From: a virus
Virus record (IMG/VR): IMGVR_UViG_3300046804_003540
Location: 1-64,000 of that record
DNA length: 64,000 nt
Direction: 5' to 3' (one strand)
Of this stretch, positions 27,075 through 36,855 are shown piece after piece. The position numbers were made by a program, and so were the translations under genes. Numbering within the stretch: position 1 is the stretch's first letter; every line of letters begins with the position of its first letter. The notes beneath the pieces were generated by a model, which saw nothing but the letters and a program-made list of their open reading frames with translations, searched no databases and was not told the DNA's origin.

Positions 27075-28745
27075 ATGAACAAATACGATGAACTAGAATT
27101 ATTAATCAAGAAATTTACAAGAGCACTACCCGACACCGAACAATATCAACTACGCTTAGAACAAGAATTAGAATTAATAGCGAAACTAGGATTTGCCAAG
27201 CACTTTCTTCGTGTTAGAGAAATCCTGGATCTTACCAAAGATATACCACACATTACCCGTGGGTCAGCAGGTTCAAGTTTAATCTGTTGGCTCATGGGCA
27301 TTTCGGATGTAGACCCCATACAAGAACGAATCCCCCTAGCAAGATTTATGAATCCCAAACGAGATGACTTGCCAGACATTGACTTGGACTTTCCGCACTA
27401 TCAACAGGAAACTGTCATGAACAGAATCTACAAGCGATGGCCTGGGCAAAGTGCTAGGGTCAGTAACTTTGTTACTTACAAAGAAAAGTCAGCTGTGCGC
27501 GAAGCGGCCAAAAGATATGGTGCCAAAGGTCGCTTAAAGCGAAACTTTAAACTAGCAGATGTCGTGCCTGAGTATGCCGAAGAAGCAGAACGACTGGCTA
27601 AAAAATTAGTGGGCAAAAAACGCTGTATTAGCAAACACTGTGGTGGCATCCTAATCTTTGATAGGCCTGTGCCTAAAAGTCTTATTAACGCTGAAAATCA
27701 AATCTTGTTGGACAAGTATGAAATTGAAGACTTAGAACATTTTAAGATTGATATTTTAGCTAATCGAGGACTCAGCCAACTGTGGGAAATAGCAGAGCGT
27801 GATCTACTAGACTATCCCGAAGAAGATGCGGCCACTGCTGAACTATTGGCTCGTGGAGATGTTTTGGGAGTCACACAAGCAGAGTCACCTGCTATGCGTA
27901 GACTGTTTAGAGCAATCAAACCTCGCAGTCGTGCAGACTGTGTGTTGGCCACGGCATTAATTCGCCCCGTGGCCACACAGGGTCGTAGGCGTGCGTCATT
28001 TTTTCAAGACTGGAGTCAAGACAGCTTTGACAATACCATTGTGTTTGAAGACGATGCCATAGAACTAATTGCTAATATCTTGGGCTGTGACCACTATGAA
28101 GCAGACATGTGGCGTCGTGCGTTTGCTAAAAAGAACGAAGAAAAGATGTTTGAGTTCATGCAGTTGGTGGGTGACCATCCTCGTCGAGATGAAGTCACAG
28201 CAGCACTAAAAGAACTCAGTCATTTTGGTCTTTGTCGTGCTCACGCCATCAACTTGGGTAGATTGATTTGGGCACTGGCTTACCAAAAAGCACACAATGC
28301 CAAACAGTTTTGGACAGCAGCACTGAAACACTGCCAAGGCAGTTACAGTCGCTGGGTCTATTGGCAAGAAGCCAAATTGGCCGGTGCTGTGCCCAGTGTG
28401 TTAGAAGGCAATGAAGTAGATGACCTACAACATACTGGACAATGGCGCAGTCGCAAGTTCATACCTGCTTGTAGAGAAATACGCAGACCTGGTGAAGTTG
28501 AATTCTGCGGCCTAATTGCCAATTATCGTGTGTTTAAATCTGGTACCAAAGACTATATTACTTTTGCCACAGTAGGCACAGGTAATGGTAGATATTTGGA
28601 TGTTATATTGAAACATGCCATAAGTTTTCATGACTACCCTGTACTCTGGGGTTCGGGTAAACTGGGCTATAAAAATAACACAGAATATGTTACAGTTGTT
28701 AAACACAAGCGATTGAAACTACAGGACATAAGGCACATAGAATGA
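27075..28745 (+). CDS. dnaE: Compact family C DNA polymerase (DnaE-like, no PHP domain)
   Basis: RGSAGSSL, FMNPKR..PDIDLDF, SKHCGG, KIDIL, QAES, ALIRP, CRAHA; 556 aa. Confidence 0.85.
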   Translation: MNKYDELELLIKKFTRALPDTEQYQLRLEQELELIAKLGFAKHFLRVREILDLTKDIPHITRGSAGSSLICWLMGISDVDPIQERIPLARFMNPKRDDLPDIDLDFPHYQQETVMNRIYKRWPGQSARVSNFVTYKEKSAVREAAKRYGAKGRLKRNFKLADVVPEYAEEAERLAKKLVGKKRCISKHCGGILIFDRPVPKSLINAENQILLDKYEIEDLEHFKIDILANRGLSQLWEIAERDLLDYPEEDAATAELLARGDVLGVTQAESPAMRRLFRAIKPRSRADCVLATALIRPVATQGRRRASFFQDWSQDSFDNTIVFEDDAIELIANILGCDHYEADMWRRAFAKKNEEKMFEFMQLVGDHPRRDEVTAALKELSHFGLCRAHAINLGRLIWALAYQKAHNAKQFWTAALKHCQGSYSRWVYWQEAKLAGAVPSVLEGNEVDDLQHTGQWRSRKFIPACREIRRPGEVEFCGLIANYRVFKSGTKDYITFATVGTGNGRYLDVILKHAISFHDYPVLWGSGKLGYKNNTEYVTVVKHKRLKLQDIRHIE

Positions 28746-29038
28746 AATCAAGACTACACCTACACAGCCACACAGGACCACAGACTAGAGCATATATTGT
28801 GGCTGAACCTGCAGCACTAAAAGCCTTGGCACAGGCCGCGGATCGAGCAGCTAAAAGTGTTATTGGCATGGAAACCGTAAAGTTCTACAGCAGTGATGGG
28901 CATGAATATGAACTGTTTATTGCCTGTGATGTAAGTGAAGACGAATGGCAGACCATGCCAGGGCCTTATGAAAAAACCAGCCAACCTGATGAATTGGCTG
29001 TGGTAAAACTCTACGATGAAATAAAAAAGCCTGCTTGA
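28742..29038 (+). CDS. Hypothetical protein coupled to the dnaE-like gene
   Basis: ATGA overlap; 98 aa. Confidence 0.7.
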   Translation: MKSRLHLHSHTGPQTRAYIVAEPAALKALAQAADRAAKSVIGMETVKFYSSDGHEYELFIACDVSEDEWQTMPGPYEKTSQPDELAVVKLYDEIKKPA

Positions 29039-29051
29039 TTGCAGGCTTGTT
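29023..29051. terminator. Terminator between convergent genes
   Basis: AAGCCTGC/GCAGGCTT stem with A-run on the left. Confidence 0.65.
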
Positions 29052-29067
29052 GTGAATTAAAATCCAA

Positions 29068-29340
29068 TTACTTGGTCTTAACTTTGAAAGCTTCAGTGAT
29101 GCTGTCAAAGTGCTTCATCCAGTCATACTTCATTGCTTCTTGTGACATGCGAACACCTTCGGTGTAGAGCTTGCTGGCAACTTCGCTAGTAGCTTTTGCA
29201 GCACTTTTGGTATAAGCAGTTTGGGCATCAACAAATTGATGCAGTGCATCAGCAACTTTTTCTTGCTTGGCAAATACTGTGCTGATTGCGGTTTTTTTAG
29301 CAGTTTGAATGCTGTCGATGGTTGCGTCTAGTGTAAACAT
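29068..29340 (-). CDS. Small amphipathic helical protein (phasin-like)
   Basis: 90 aa A/K/T-rich; AAGGAG RBS; TATAAATA at 29408-29415. Confidence 0.55.
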   Translation of the reverse strand: MFTLDATIDSIQTAKKTAISTVFAKQEKVADALHQFVDAQTAYTKSAAKATSEVASKLYTEGVRMSQEAMKYDWMKHFDSITEAFKVKTK

Positions 29341-29415
29341 GATTTCTCCTTGTTAAGCGAGTTTACGAATACTTTCAGGACCCGCCCTATTGCGGCATCC
29401 TTATTAGTATTTATA
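29341..29415 (-). promoter_or_regulatory. ROSE-like structured 5' UTR
   Basis: AGGATGCC..GGGTCCT hairpin then CTCGCT-TAAC-AAGGAG; parallels the hsp20 leader. Confidence 0.55.
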
Positions 29416-29516
29416 CTAGTATACTGTCAAAAAACTAAAAAATCAATGAAAAAATTAGTGTGCCAACACTAATAAGTAAATACTGTACATTCAATAAACT
29501 TGCAAGGAGAAATCGA

Positions 29517-29774
29517 ATGGAAATCATTATTTTTATTCTTATTGTAGTTGGCGGCTGGTGGCTCTACCGCGCTAACAGCAGTAAAAAAGTTGAAAGTAAC
29601 ACTTCAACCGCAGTAGAAGCAGCACCAGTAGTAGAAGAAGCTAAACCAGTGACTATTGCTGTAGCAGCACAAGATACTGTTGCAGGAAAACCTGCTAAGA
29701 AAAAACCAGCAGCTAAAAAAGCGCCTGCTAAAAAGCCAGCAGCTAAAAAAGCTGCTAAACCAAAAGCAAAGTAA
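29517..29774 (+). CDS. Membrane-anchored protein with histone-like PAAKK repeats
   Basis: AAGGAG RBS, MEIIIFILIVVGGWW, KKPAAKKAPAKK; TAAATA at 29477-29482. Confidence 0.75.
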   Translation: MEIIIFILIVVGGWWLYRANSSKKVESNTSTAVEAAPVVEEAKPVTIAVAAQDTVAGKPAKKKPAAKKAPAKKPAAKKAAKPKAK

Positions 29775-29791
29775 TTAATTTTGTAGATGGT

Positions 29792-29817
29792 AAAAAAAGC
29801 CACCCCAGGGTGGCTTT
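29792..29817. terminator. Bidirectional terminator
   Basis: AAAGCCACCC/GGGTGGCTTT stem between convergent genes. Confidence 0.75.
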
Positions 29818-30940
29818 ATTTTTTGGTGAAAACATAAACACCTTCATATTTTTCTTTACCAGCTGTTTTGTCATTACCTACCCCGGGTCTAGTATTCAAC
29901 ATCATTTTAATTGTACGCGAATGTTTGAATCCTAGCTGTTCGGCAGTTTGTATCCAACGGTCTACAACAAAATACTCTTTGTTGCCATAGCTTTTATAAT
30001 CAGCAATGTTGGTAGCAAATACTCCGTCGCTGTTTAGTCCTCGATGGATGTTACGCATGGTGGGCACAACATAACCCTCAAACCATTCATCCATGGTAGT
30101 GTATCGAACCATACACTGTGTGGGTTCATCACAGTACTTTTCTAAGTTAAAATAAGGAGGACTACTGAACGCCAAGTCGATGTTTTCAGGTTCATATTCT
30201 TCGCTGACTGTTTGAACGATTGTGCCCTGATTGCCTACAGCTGATTCAATCAGTGTGTTAAGATATTGTAAGTTATTAACAGTTTCAGTATTGGGATCTA
30301 TGCCAATATAATTGTACTTCATTTTACTGGTTGTAATGCCCAACAGTCTACCACCAAAGCCTGCACTATAGTCGTATACCGACCCCCACATAACAGGACA
30401 TAGTTCTTCCGCAATGGCTCTGGCATTAAGGCTTTTAAAATTCTGTATATTTTCACCTGTAACCAACTCTAGTGCTCTGCGTATAGCAGTGGGATGAACT
30501 AAGTTGTTGCCTTCTCTGTGTTCAAAGCACAGTTTTATTGCTCGTTTAAATTTGGCATCATCTAGGAATCTATCTCTCAAACTGTTACTGCCACGACCCT
30601 TTGGTTCAGCAGTCATCATATTAGGAAATAAAAACCTATTGATAGTCTGTCCTTGGTTATTACCTAAACCTATTACATTTGCATCCACAGCATTAGCCAC
30701 CGTATTAGCTAAATTTTTAATTGCAGCAACAAGCCCTTGTTCCGTATAGTAAACAATTGGCACTAAGTTTATAGACCTATACAAGTCAAAGACTCTAGTG
30801 ACTGTGCCCTCTGCGTCCTTATCGTAAGTGTCTTTGGTAATACCTGCTAATTGATCATATATGGGCTCGTAGCCAGTAAACTCATCACCATATATGTGAT
30901 GCGGCTGAATAGCCCACTGCTGATATAAATTACCAATCAT
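29816..30940 (-). CDS. Amino (N4C/N6A) DNA methyltransferase
   Basis: YDYSAGFGGRLLG, YIGIDPN, FSSPPYF. Confidence 0.85.
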   Translation of the reverse strand: MIGNLYQQWAIQPHHIYGDEFTGYEPIYDQLAGITKDTYDKDAEGTVTRVFDLYRSINLVPIVYYTEQGLVAAIKNLANTVANAVDANVIGLGNNQGQTINRFLFPNMMTAEPKGRGSNSLRDRFLDDAKFKRAIKLCFEHREGNNLVHPTAIRRALELVTGENIQNFKSLNARAIAEELCPVMWGSVYDYSAGFGGRLLGITTSKMKYNYIGIDPNTETVNNLQYLNTLIESAVGNQGTIVQTVSEEYEPENIDLAFSSPPYFNLEKYCDEPTQCMVRYTTMDEWFEGYVVPTMRNIHRGLNSDGVFATNIADYKSYGNKEYFVVDRWIQTAEQLGFKHSRTIKMMLNTRPGVGNDKTAGKEKYEGVYVFTKK

Positions 30941-31959
30941 CGACAGTATTGTTCAAACAGTGCAAAGCTGGCTAAGTTTTTGCCTTTGCTTTCGCACATG
31001 ATATCTGCCCACTCATTATGACTAACAGCCCATTTATTCACTTCGTGATTCCAATAGAAATCACTGTGTGCTCTTAGTCGGGCTTTTTTGTAGTTACTGG
31101 CCAGCAGAGACTCCATAATTGGGCGATTTCCTGTGTCATGATTGACGAGTACATCTTCACGGCTAACACTGTAATGAATAACAGGCCGCACACCACGCCA
31201 ACTATCAATAACTTTTTTAATACGGTCATCGTTAGCTTCAATGTATTCTCCTGTCTTAATCCAGTGGTGATGTATGTCCAATACCAATGCAAGATCTTTT
31301 GCCAGTTCTAGCGTACTGTCTAGTCCCCAAGCCATTTCTTCGTTTTCGATGGTAATAGTATTGCGAGCTTCGGGCGACATCTGTTTGAGCGCGGTTCTAA
31401 TACCTTCGGGACCGGCTCTACCCGCGATGTGGACATTGATCTTGAAGTCTTGAAATTTCTTGCCGTATCCCATCCAACGAGCCATGTCCACATGATATTC
31501 AAACTCCTCTATTGACCTTTGAACAACATCGCTTTTATCGCTAGCCAACACACAAAACTGGCCAGGATGAAAACTAAGACGGGTATCGCTCCTACGAGCA
31601 CTATCACCGATAAGGCCAAAATTGCGTTCGCAATAACGAATAACATCGTCCCTGCGCCAAAAATAACTCCAATTAGGTTCGGTGTAAGCAGGTAACAGAT
31701 CACTGCTAAGGCGAACCATCCTAAGACATTCATGTTGCTCTCCTATTCGATCTACCAAAAGTTTGGTTGCTTGAATGTTTTGGACCATAAGGTCCCATAG
31801 CTTTTGTTCAGCAACTTCGCGCTTTTGTTTATTTAACCAAGTAATGGTAGTGGTGCCGGTATTGTATTTTTTGCAGTCATCTTTGGGCTTGATGCCGTCA
31901 ATCTGTCGGGCTTCATCAATCCATTTACAGGCAAAACCAATGCGTTTAAGTGTAGTCAT
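30937..31959 (-). CDS. uvsE: UV damage endonuclease
   Basis: IGFAC, RLSSD, SFHPGQF, IENEE, DIHHH, RAHSD, MCESK. Confidence 0.9.
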   Translation of the reverse strand: MTTLKRIGFACKWIDEARQIDGIKPKDDCKKYNTGTTTITWLNKQKREVAEQKLWDLMVQNIQATKLLVDRIGEQHECLRMVRLSSDLLPAYTEPNWSYFWRRDDVIRYCERNFGLIGDSARRSDTRLSFHPGQFCVLASDKSDVVQRSIEEFEYHVDMARWMGYGKKFQDFKINVHIAGRAGPEGIRTALKQMSPEARNTITIENEEMAWGLDSTLELAKDLALVLDIHHHWIKTGEYIEANDDRIKKVIDSWRGVRPVIHYSVSREDVLVNHDTGNRPIMESLLASNYKKARLRAHSDFYWNHEVNKWAVSHNEWADIMCESKGKNLASFALFEQYCR

Positions 31960-31965
31960 GCTATA

Positions 31966-31994
31966 ATTATAACAGCATATAATTTACTAGTCAA
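31966..31994 (-). promoter_or_regulatory. Sigma70-type promoter, leaderless uvsE
   Basis: TTGACT-17-TATAAT(31971-31966); ATG 6 nt downstream. Confidence 0.8.
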
Positions 31995-31995
31995 C

Positions 31996-32712
31996 TTAGT
32001 TGTTTTCGAATCTAATTGAAATAACGTGTTCGTAGTTCTTTTTGATTAAGCTCTTATACATCAAATTTTTATGTACCAAAAAGTCTGTTGCACCTGCATC
32101 CATACAGAATTTAGCCATTTGTTTGAAATACATGGTTTTTCGATTTGATACAGCTCTACAAGCAGTTTTAGATCCTGCTAATTCATAGGTCGTTGTTGTA
32201 AAACTGTTTTTATCAGTTTGGTGCCAGTCGTGAATTTCTGTGTATGCAGTTATACCGTTATTTTTAACAATAGCTGGTTGGCTGTATTCTCTATCTTTGA
32301 AATCTTGATTTTTATAATCTTTAACTGTTGTTATAATGATTTCGTTGGCCAATCTACACATATTTGTAATGGCATCTTTTTGTGCTTGATCAGAATCTGC
32401 AAAGGTAAAGTATTCATCAACTGCTATGATGCAGTCTACCGTTTTGGGTTGATCGAGCTGTCGAATTTCTGGTCTGTGAGATTTTAGCCAAGTGAAAATT
32501 TTGTCACTTATTTCAGTAACATAAATTTCTTTTGCTTGAACACTTAGAATAGCAGGATTGAAACCAACAAACAGATACGACTCTGGGCTTACATTGTAAA
32601 ACTCAGTAATTTTGTCGATTATGTCTTGTTTTCTATCTACTATGTCTTTGTTCTTATTATGCAAGCAAAAAGCATCAAACACAATTTCTGTGTACTGACT
32701 AAACTGACTCAT
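31996..32712 (-). CDS. Hypothetical protein, possibly degenerate methyltransferase fold
   Basis: 238 aa; LFVGF, DEYFT, TVKDY; TAAATA at 32741-32746. Confidence 0.6.
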   Translation of the reverse strand: MSQFSQYTEIVFDAFCLHNKNKDIVDRKQDIIDKITEFYNVSPESYLFVGFNPAILSVQAKEIYVTEISDKIFTWLKSHRPEIRQLDQPKTVDCIIAVDEYFTFADSDQAQKDAITNMCRLANEIIITTVKDYKNQDFKDREYSQPAIVKNNGITAYTEIHDWHQTDKNSFTTTTYELAGSKTACRAVSNRKTMYFKQMAKFCMDAGATDFLVHKNLMYKSLIKKNYEHVISIRFENN

Positions 32713-32743
32713 AAATTCTTTCTAACCAAAAGTTATTAGTTAT

Positions 32744-33757
32744 TTATTGTGTTCGTTCCAAATCCAAAGTCACACAATGAAAGCCGCCGCCCAATGTTCT
32801 GCTATGTCTTAGCTCTAAAGGCACAACAGTTTGACCTACTTGTTCTAATTGGCGAATAAGATCAGTTTGGTTCTTATCTACTACCACTGTTCTAGGATTG
32901 ATGCTGAACATATTGAGTGCTATCCACTTACTGGCGTAAGGATAATTGAAAAAAGTTTGTGGCACAACATCTTTAACATAAATCTTTGTCCAACCTTCAA
33001 ACAGTTGAGGACAGTTAGATTCATTTACTCTGCTGCCATTTAGGACTACAACACCGTCCCGCAATACGCTTATTGTACTATCTATATGTGCATAACTGTA
33101 TAGGTTATCGATAACATGCACTCTATATTTTTTACCTAATATGTTTTGCAACCATTCAGCGCCTAATCTGTTACCACTGTTACTTACAAGATATAATATA
33201 TCGTCATTATGCCTTAAGATATTGGCAGCATCAAACATAGGCTCACGCTCACTTAGAATAATATTGCCGTCTCTTACATAATTGTCTAAACTTAACAGTC
33301 TTGGTCTGGGTGCGGACAACCATCTAGCACCATCTTTTATGGCTCGGTCTCTAATGTGCCAATATGCCTCTGCTTCCATTTGTCTACTGCGATAGACCAT
33401 GGGACATTCTATTACCATGTCATCAATGACCAACAGCACATCTCGGGGACAATAATTGTACATACCGTCAGTGGTCCAATGATATGTGGTAAGTTTATAT
33501 TCGTGATCTAATTCTTTAGGCCTATAAACTTTAACACCAAAACTTTTTAAAGTTTGAGCTAACTGTTCTAGGTCTTCGTTGGCTTCATCAATAATATGTT
33601 GAGGGAAAGGGCCCGCAGGCAAAGGTGTTTCAGTCCAAGTAGTGACTTCTTGATTATAACGAAAAATCTCGTCAAGCTTGGGAAACTGTGCTCCTGTGGC
33701 ATCGCCCACAACACAACTGACCAATGGGTCATATTCATTACTGCTGGATATTTTCAT
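32744..33757 (-). CDS. Amidinotransferase (glycine/inosamine-phosphate type)
   Basis: YCPRD, FDAAN, HIDST, GGGFHCVTLD. Confidence 0.9.
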   Translation of the reverse strand: MKISSSNEYDPLVSCVVGDATGAQFPKLDEIFRYNQEVTTWTETPLPAGPFPQHIIDEANEDLEQLAQTLKSFGVKVYRPKELDHEYKLTTYHWTTDGMYNYCPRDVLLVIDDMVIECPMVYRSRQMEAEAYWHIRDRAIKDGARWLSAPRPRLLSLDNYVRDGNIILSEREPMFDAANILRHNDDILYLVSNSGNRLGAEWLQNILGKKYRVHVIDNLYSYAHIDSTISVLRDGVVVLNGSRVNESNCPQLFEGWTKIYVKDVVPQTFFNYPYASKWIALNMFSINPRTVVVDKNQTDLIRQLEQVGQTVVPLELRHSRTLGGGFHCVTLDLERTQ

Positions 33758-34296
33758 ATATGCCCAGTAATTTGCAGTGTATATCTAGGATCCAATCCAA
33801 GGTTAGCTGCCATGTGTACAGTGTCGTAGCGCCAAACAACACAGTCTCCTGCACGCCAACCTACAAAAGGTTCATTATCGTACTCAGCGTAATGACCGCT
33901 ACACCAGTCTTCAAGAAATATAACTGCACGATAGATTCTATCTTCACGACCTTCTAAGTTGAATAATTTAATGTAGGCTTTGTACAAGTCACTGTGATTG
34001 GGCAGTACTACCCCTGTGTCCATTCTGTAGTAACTGGTACCTACATCTTGCCAACCTTTGCTTTGAAAAATGTCAATTATGCGTTGATTCCATGAAGGCT
34101 GTGGCCTACGCATGTCACACATAACACCAGTAAATGGGCCTGAGTAACCTTGCGTTACCCAGACTGCTACATTTTCAGAATCGTTAAAAGGTTCTCGAAT
34201 ATAATCAAGTTCCTTATACTGATTATCCCAAAACGGATGTAAGTGTATTTTACTGACCGCGGGTGTTACCATAATGGATAACTTTAATGTTTCCAA
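33754..34296 (-). CDS. Cupin/2OG-Fe(II)-like oxygenase candidate
   Basis: PNHSD..H..ANLG..RYTLQITG. Confidence 0.65.
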   Translation of the reverse strand: METLKLSIMVTPAVSKIHLHPFWDNQYKELDYIREPFNDSENVAVWVTQGYSGPFTGVMCDMRRPQPSWNQRIIDIFQSKGWQDVGTSYYRMDTGVVLPNHSDLYKAYIKLFNLEGREDRIYRAVIFLEDWCSGHYAEYDNEPFVGWRAGDCVVWRYDTVHMAANLGLDPRYTLQITGHI

Positions 34297-35497
34297 CAGT
34301 TTGTAGTTTACGCCAAGGATCTACAATGATACTTCCACCCGCAATGGTTACATATGGTGTTGTATCTTGCTGATCGCCTGTGTATTCATAGGTAATTTTT
34401 CTATTATGTGCCCATAGATAAACAGCAGGACCTGCTATATCGTCAACCACTTCTGTTTTGTCGTCAGCTAGTGGATCAACATAACGAACAGTTCTACCAA
34501 GCTCTTTGACATAGTGTCCGACCAGTGTACTGTAGCTACCAATGCAGTATTCAACATCAGGTTTATAAGCCTTACCATGAATAACAATTGGCAAGTCTGC
34601 TGCATTGGCGGTCTTAACTAAAAACTCAGCTAGGTTTTTTGCTTGAATTTCACGAGCATGCATGATAGTGTCAAACAAATCGTAGCCCAATTCATATTCT
34701 TGTGCCAACCAACGCAGTGCAATATTATCACGGGGGTGGCAAGCACCAGCATCACCCATACCAGCAGTCATATACTTGGGACCTTGTAGTCGCATAGTAC
34801 TGCGAGCCAATGCATTAGTAACTACATCAACATTGATATTGCCGATCTTCATGGCAAAGTCTTGAATCATGTTAACGATACCAACTTTAGCACTGATATA
34901 GGTATTGTAGAAAATCTTAATTGCTTCACATTCGTCCCATGTGCCAACTTCATAACGAGGATCATTCTGCATCATGGTCTTGTACAGTTGAATTAGTTCA
35001 CCTGCAACACCTGTCAAGCTGCCATCTTCAGTGCCGATGATAACCATCTCTGGGTTGGCCATGTCCCACTTAACTGATCCCATGGCAATCAAATATGGGT
35101 TATACAAAAACTGGTGTTTTGGATCTAGTCTAGTAATAAAATTACGGCGTGTAGTGCCAGGTAATACTGTAGAAATTAGCACAACCTTTTTGCTGGTCTT
35201 GGCATATTTGTTTACGGCATCAATTGCGCTGTATACAGCGTCATGTCCAAAGTCTCTTGGCTGCATATGACTAGATGGTACTGACCCGTCGTAGCCTTCT
35301 GCATGTGGTGTAGGTACAGCGATGAAAATCCATTCAGCATTTTCACACAGTTCTTCAATACCACAAACTGTTACAGTATCACTTTGTCTGGGGTAAATAT
35401 CATATCCCCACACATCATGTTTTTCGGCCATAACTTCAGCACAATCAAGTCCTAGTTTGCCGATACCAATAAAACCAATTTTTTGTCGATTAGTCAT
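34250..35497 (-). CDS. UDP-glucose/GDP-mannose dehydrogenase family protein
   Basis: IGIGKLG, AVPTP, STVLPGT, NPY, KIFYN, GACHPRD, AYKP. Confidence 0.9.
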   Translation of the reverse strand: MTNRQKIGFIGIGKLGLDCAEVMAEKHDVWGYDIYPRQSDTVTVCGIEELCENAEWIFIAVPTPHAEGYDGSVPSSHMQPRDFGHDAVYSAIDAVNKYAKTSKKVVLISTVLPGTTRRNFITRLDPKHQFLYNPYLIAMGSVKWDMANPEMVIIGTEDGSLTGVAGELIQLYKTMMQNDPRYEVGTWDECEAIKIFYNTYISAKVGIVNMIQDFAMKIGNINVDVVTNALARSTMRLQGPKYMTAGMGDAGACHPRDNIALRWLAQEYELGYDLFDTIMHAREIQAKNLAEFLVKTANAADLPIVIHGKAYKPDVEYCIGSYSTLVGHYVKELGRTVRYVDPLADDKTEVVDDIAGPAVYLWAHNRKITYEYTGDQQDTTPYVTIAGGSIIVDPWRKLQTVGNIKVIHYGNTRGQ

Positions 35498-35499
35498 TT

Positions 35500-36711
35500 A
35501 TGTTTTCCTTAGAACAATTTTATCACATATTATATATTAATTTACTAAAGCCTGCAAATATTCTTCCGTTGTATTTTTCTAAATTTGGCTCAACTGATTG
35601 GCAAGATTTACAACCTGTTGAAATGAACGAATATAAAACGGTAATGAAAACAAGATATAGTCATTGGATTGATGAACAAAAGGTATTAAATCACGGTTGT
35701 ACTTTTTGGGACCAAGAACCATTTTTGCAACATAGTTTCGATAAATTATTTTCCGACGGAAATTTTTCTATTACTACAAAAAGACTATGCATGTGGGCTA
35801 TTAGTGAAAAATCAATATTAGTAGATGATATTTGTAATACTTATGATTTAAAACACTGGTACTATTTTTTCCATGGTTTCGCAGCACTAGACTGGTATAG
35901 AGATTATCAATATTATCCCAATTTGAATATTCAGCCTAGTAAAGTTTTTATGTCATTGAATAGATTATACAGCAGTGATAGAAGTTACAGGTTAACATTG
36001 GTCTCGCATTTTCTTAAAGAAAATTTAATTGATAAAGGGTTAGTAAGTTTATATTTAATTGATAAATCTCAAAAAACTTGGCAAGAAGAACTTAAAGATC
36101 CCTATACTAAATTAAGTGAGTCCTCTAAAGAACTCATAAACACTCACATAAAAAATATTAACGGATCTTTAACAGTAGATAAACAACATCCGCAGGGTAA
36201 TTTAAGTGCTTATTCAGGCTACATGGATATGAAACTTCAACAAAGCGTATATTGGCATGTAGTAAGTGAAACAGTTTTTTACTATCCTAAATTACATTTA
36301 ACTGAAAAAATTTTTAAACCTATTGTTAACAGAAGGCCATTTATTTTAGTCGGAGCTCCAGGCAATCTTGCTTATTTAAAAAGTTATGGATTTAAAACTT
36401 TTGATAATTGGATAGATGAAAGTTATGATAAAGAAACTGATCCCGACTTAAGAATCAAAATGGTAGTCGATCAAGTTAAAAAATTATCTATGCTTTCGAC
36501 CAGTCAACTTAATAAAATGCACGAAGAAATAAAAGAGATAACTGAGTATAATTTTAAACATTTTTTTGGAAATTTCAAAGTTATTATTGTAGACGAGTTA
36601 ATAAAAAACTTAAATAAAATTTTAACAACATGGAATTATCAGCATCCATCTAATCCTATTAGACTAGATCAAATTAATTTTAAAAATATCAAAGATAGAT
36701 TAAACAGTTAA
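35500..36711 (+). CDS. Glycosyltransferase-like protein
   Basis: VVSET..LTEKIFKPI..PFI..G..L...GFKTF..IDESYD; AT-rich, opposite strand. Confidence 0.6.
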   Translation: MFSLEQFYHILYINLLKPANILPLYFSKFGSTDWQDLQPVEMNEYKTVMKTRYSHWIDEQKVLNHGCTFWDQEPFLQHSFDKLFSDGNFSITTKRLCMWAISEKSILVDDICNTYDLKHWYYFFHGFAALDWYRDYQYYPNLNIQPSKVFMSLNRLYSSDRSYRLTLVSHFLKENLIDKGLVSLYLIDKSQKTWQEELKDPYTKLSESSKELINTHIKNINGSLTVDKQHPQGNLSAYSGYMDMKLQQSVYWHVVSETVFYYPKLHLTEKIFKPIVNRRPFILVGAPGNLAYLKSYGFKTFDNWIDESYDKETDPDLRIKMVVDQVKKLSMLSTSQLNKMHEEIKEITEYNFKHFFGNFKVIIVDELIKNLNKILTTWNYQHPSNPIRLDQINFKNIKDRLNS

Positions 36712-36854
36712 ATTCTTTCCCTATAATGTAAATATGCCAAAAGTATCCCCATGGCTAAAAGCCAGCAAGAGAAAAATATTGCCCATACCAATCCTAATGC
36801 TTTTTTAAGACCTAAATCTAATAACCATTCAAACAATGTCTTCCTAGGTTCCAT
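36708..36854 (-). CDS. Small membrane protein
   Basis: Start MEPRKTLF; hydrophobic C-terminal half. Confidence 0.55.
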   Translation of the reverse strand: MEPRKTLFEWLLDLGLKKALGLVWAIFFSCWLLAMGILLAYLHYRERI

Positions 36855-36855
36855 T

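Noticed and set aside
29690-29770. Tandem DNA repeat
   Set aside because: Explained by PAAKK peptide repeats in the coding sequence
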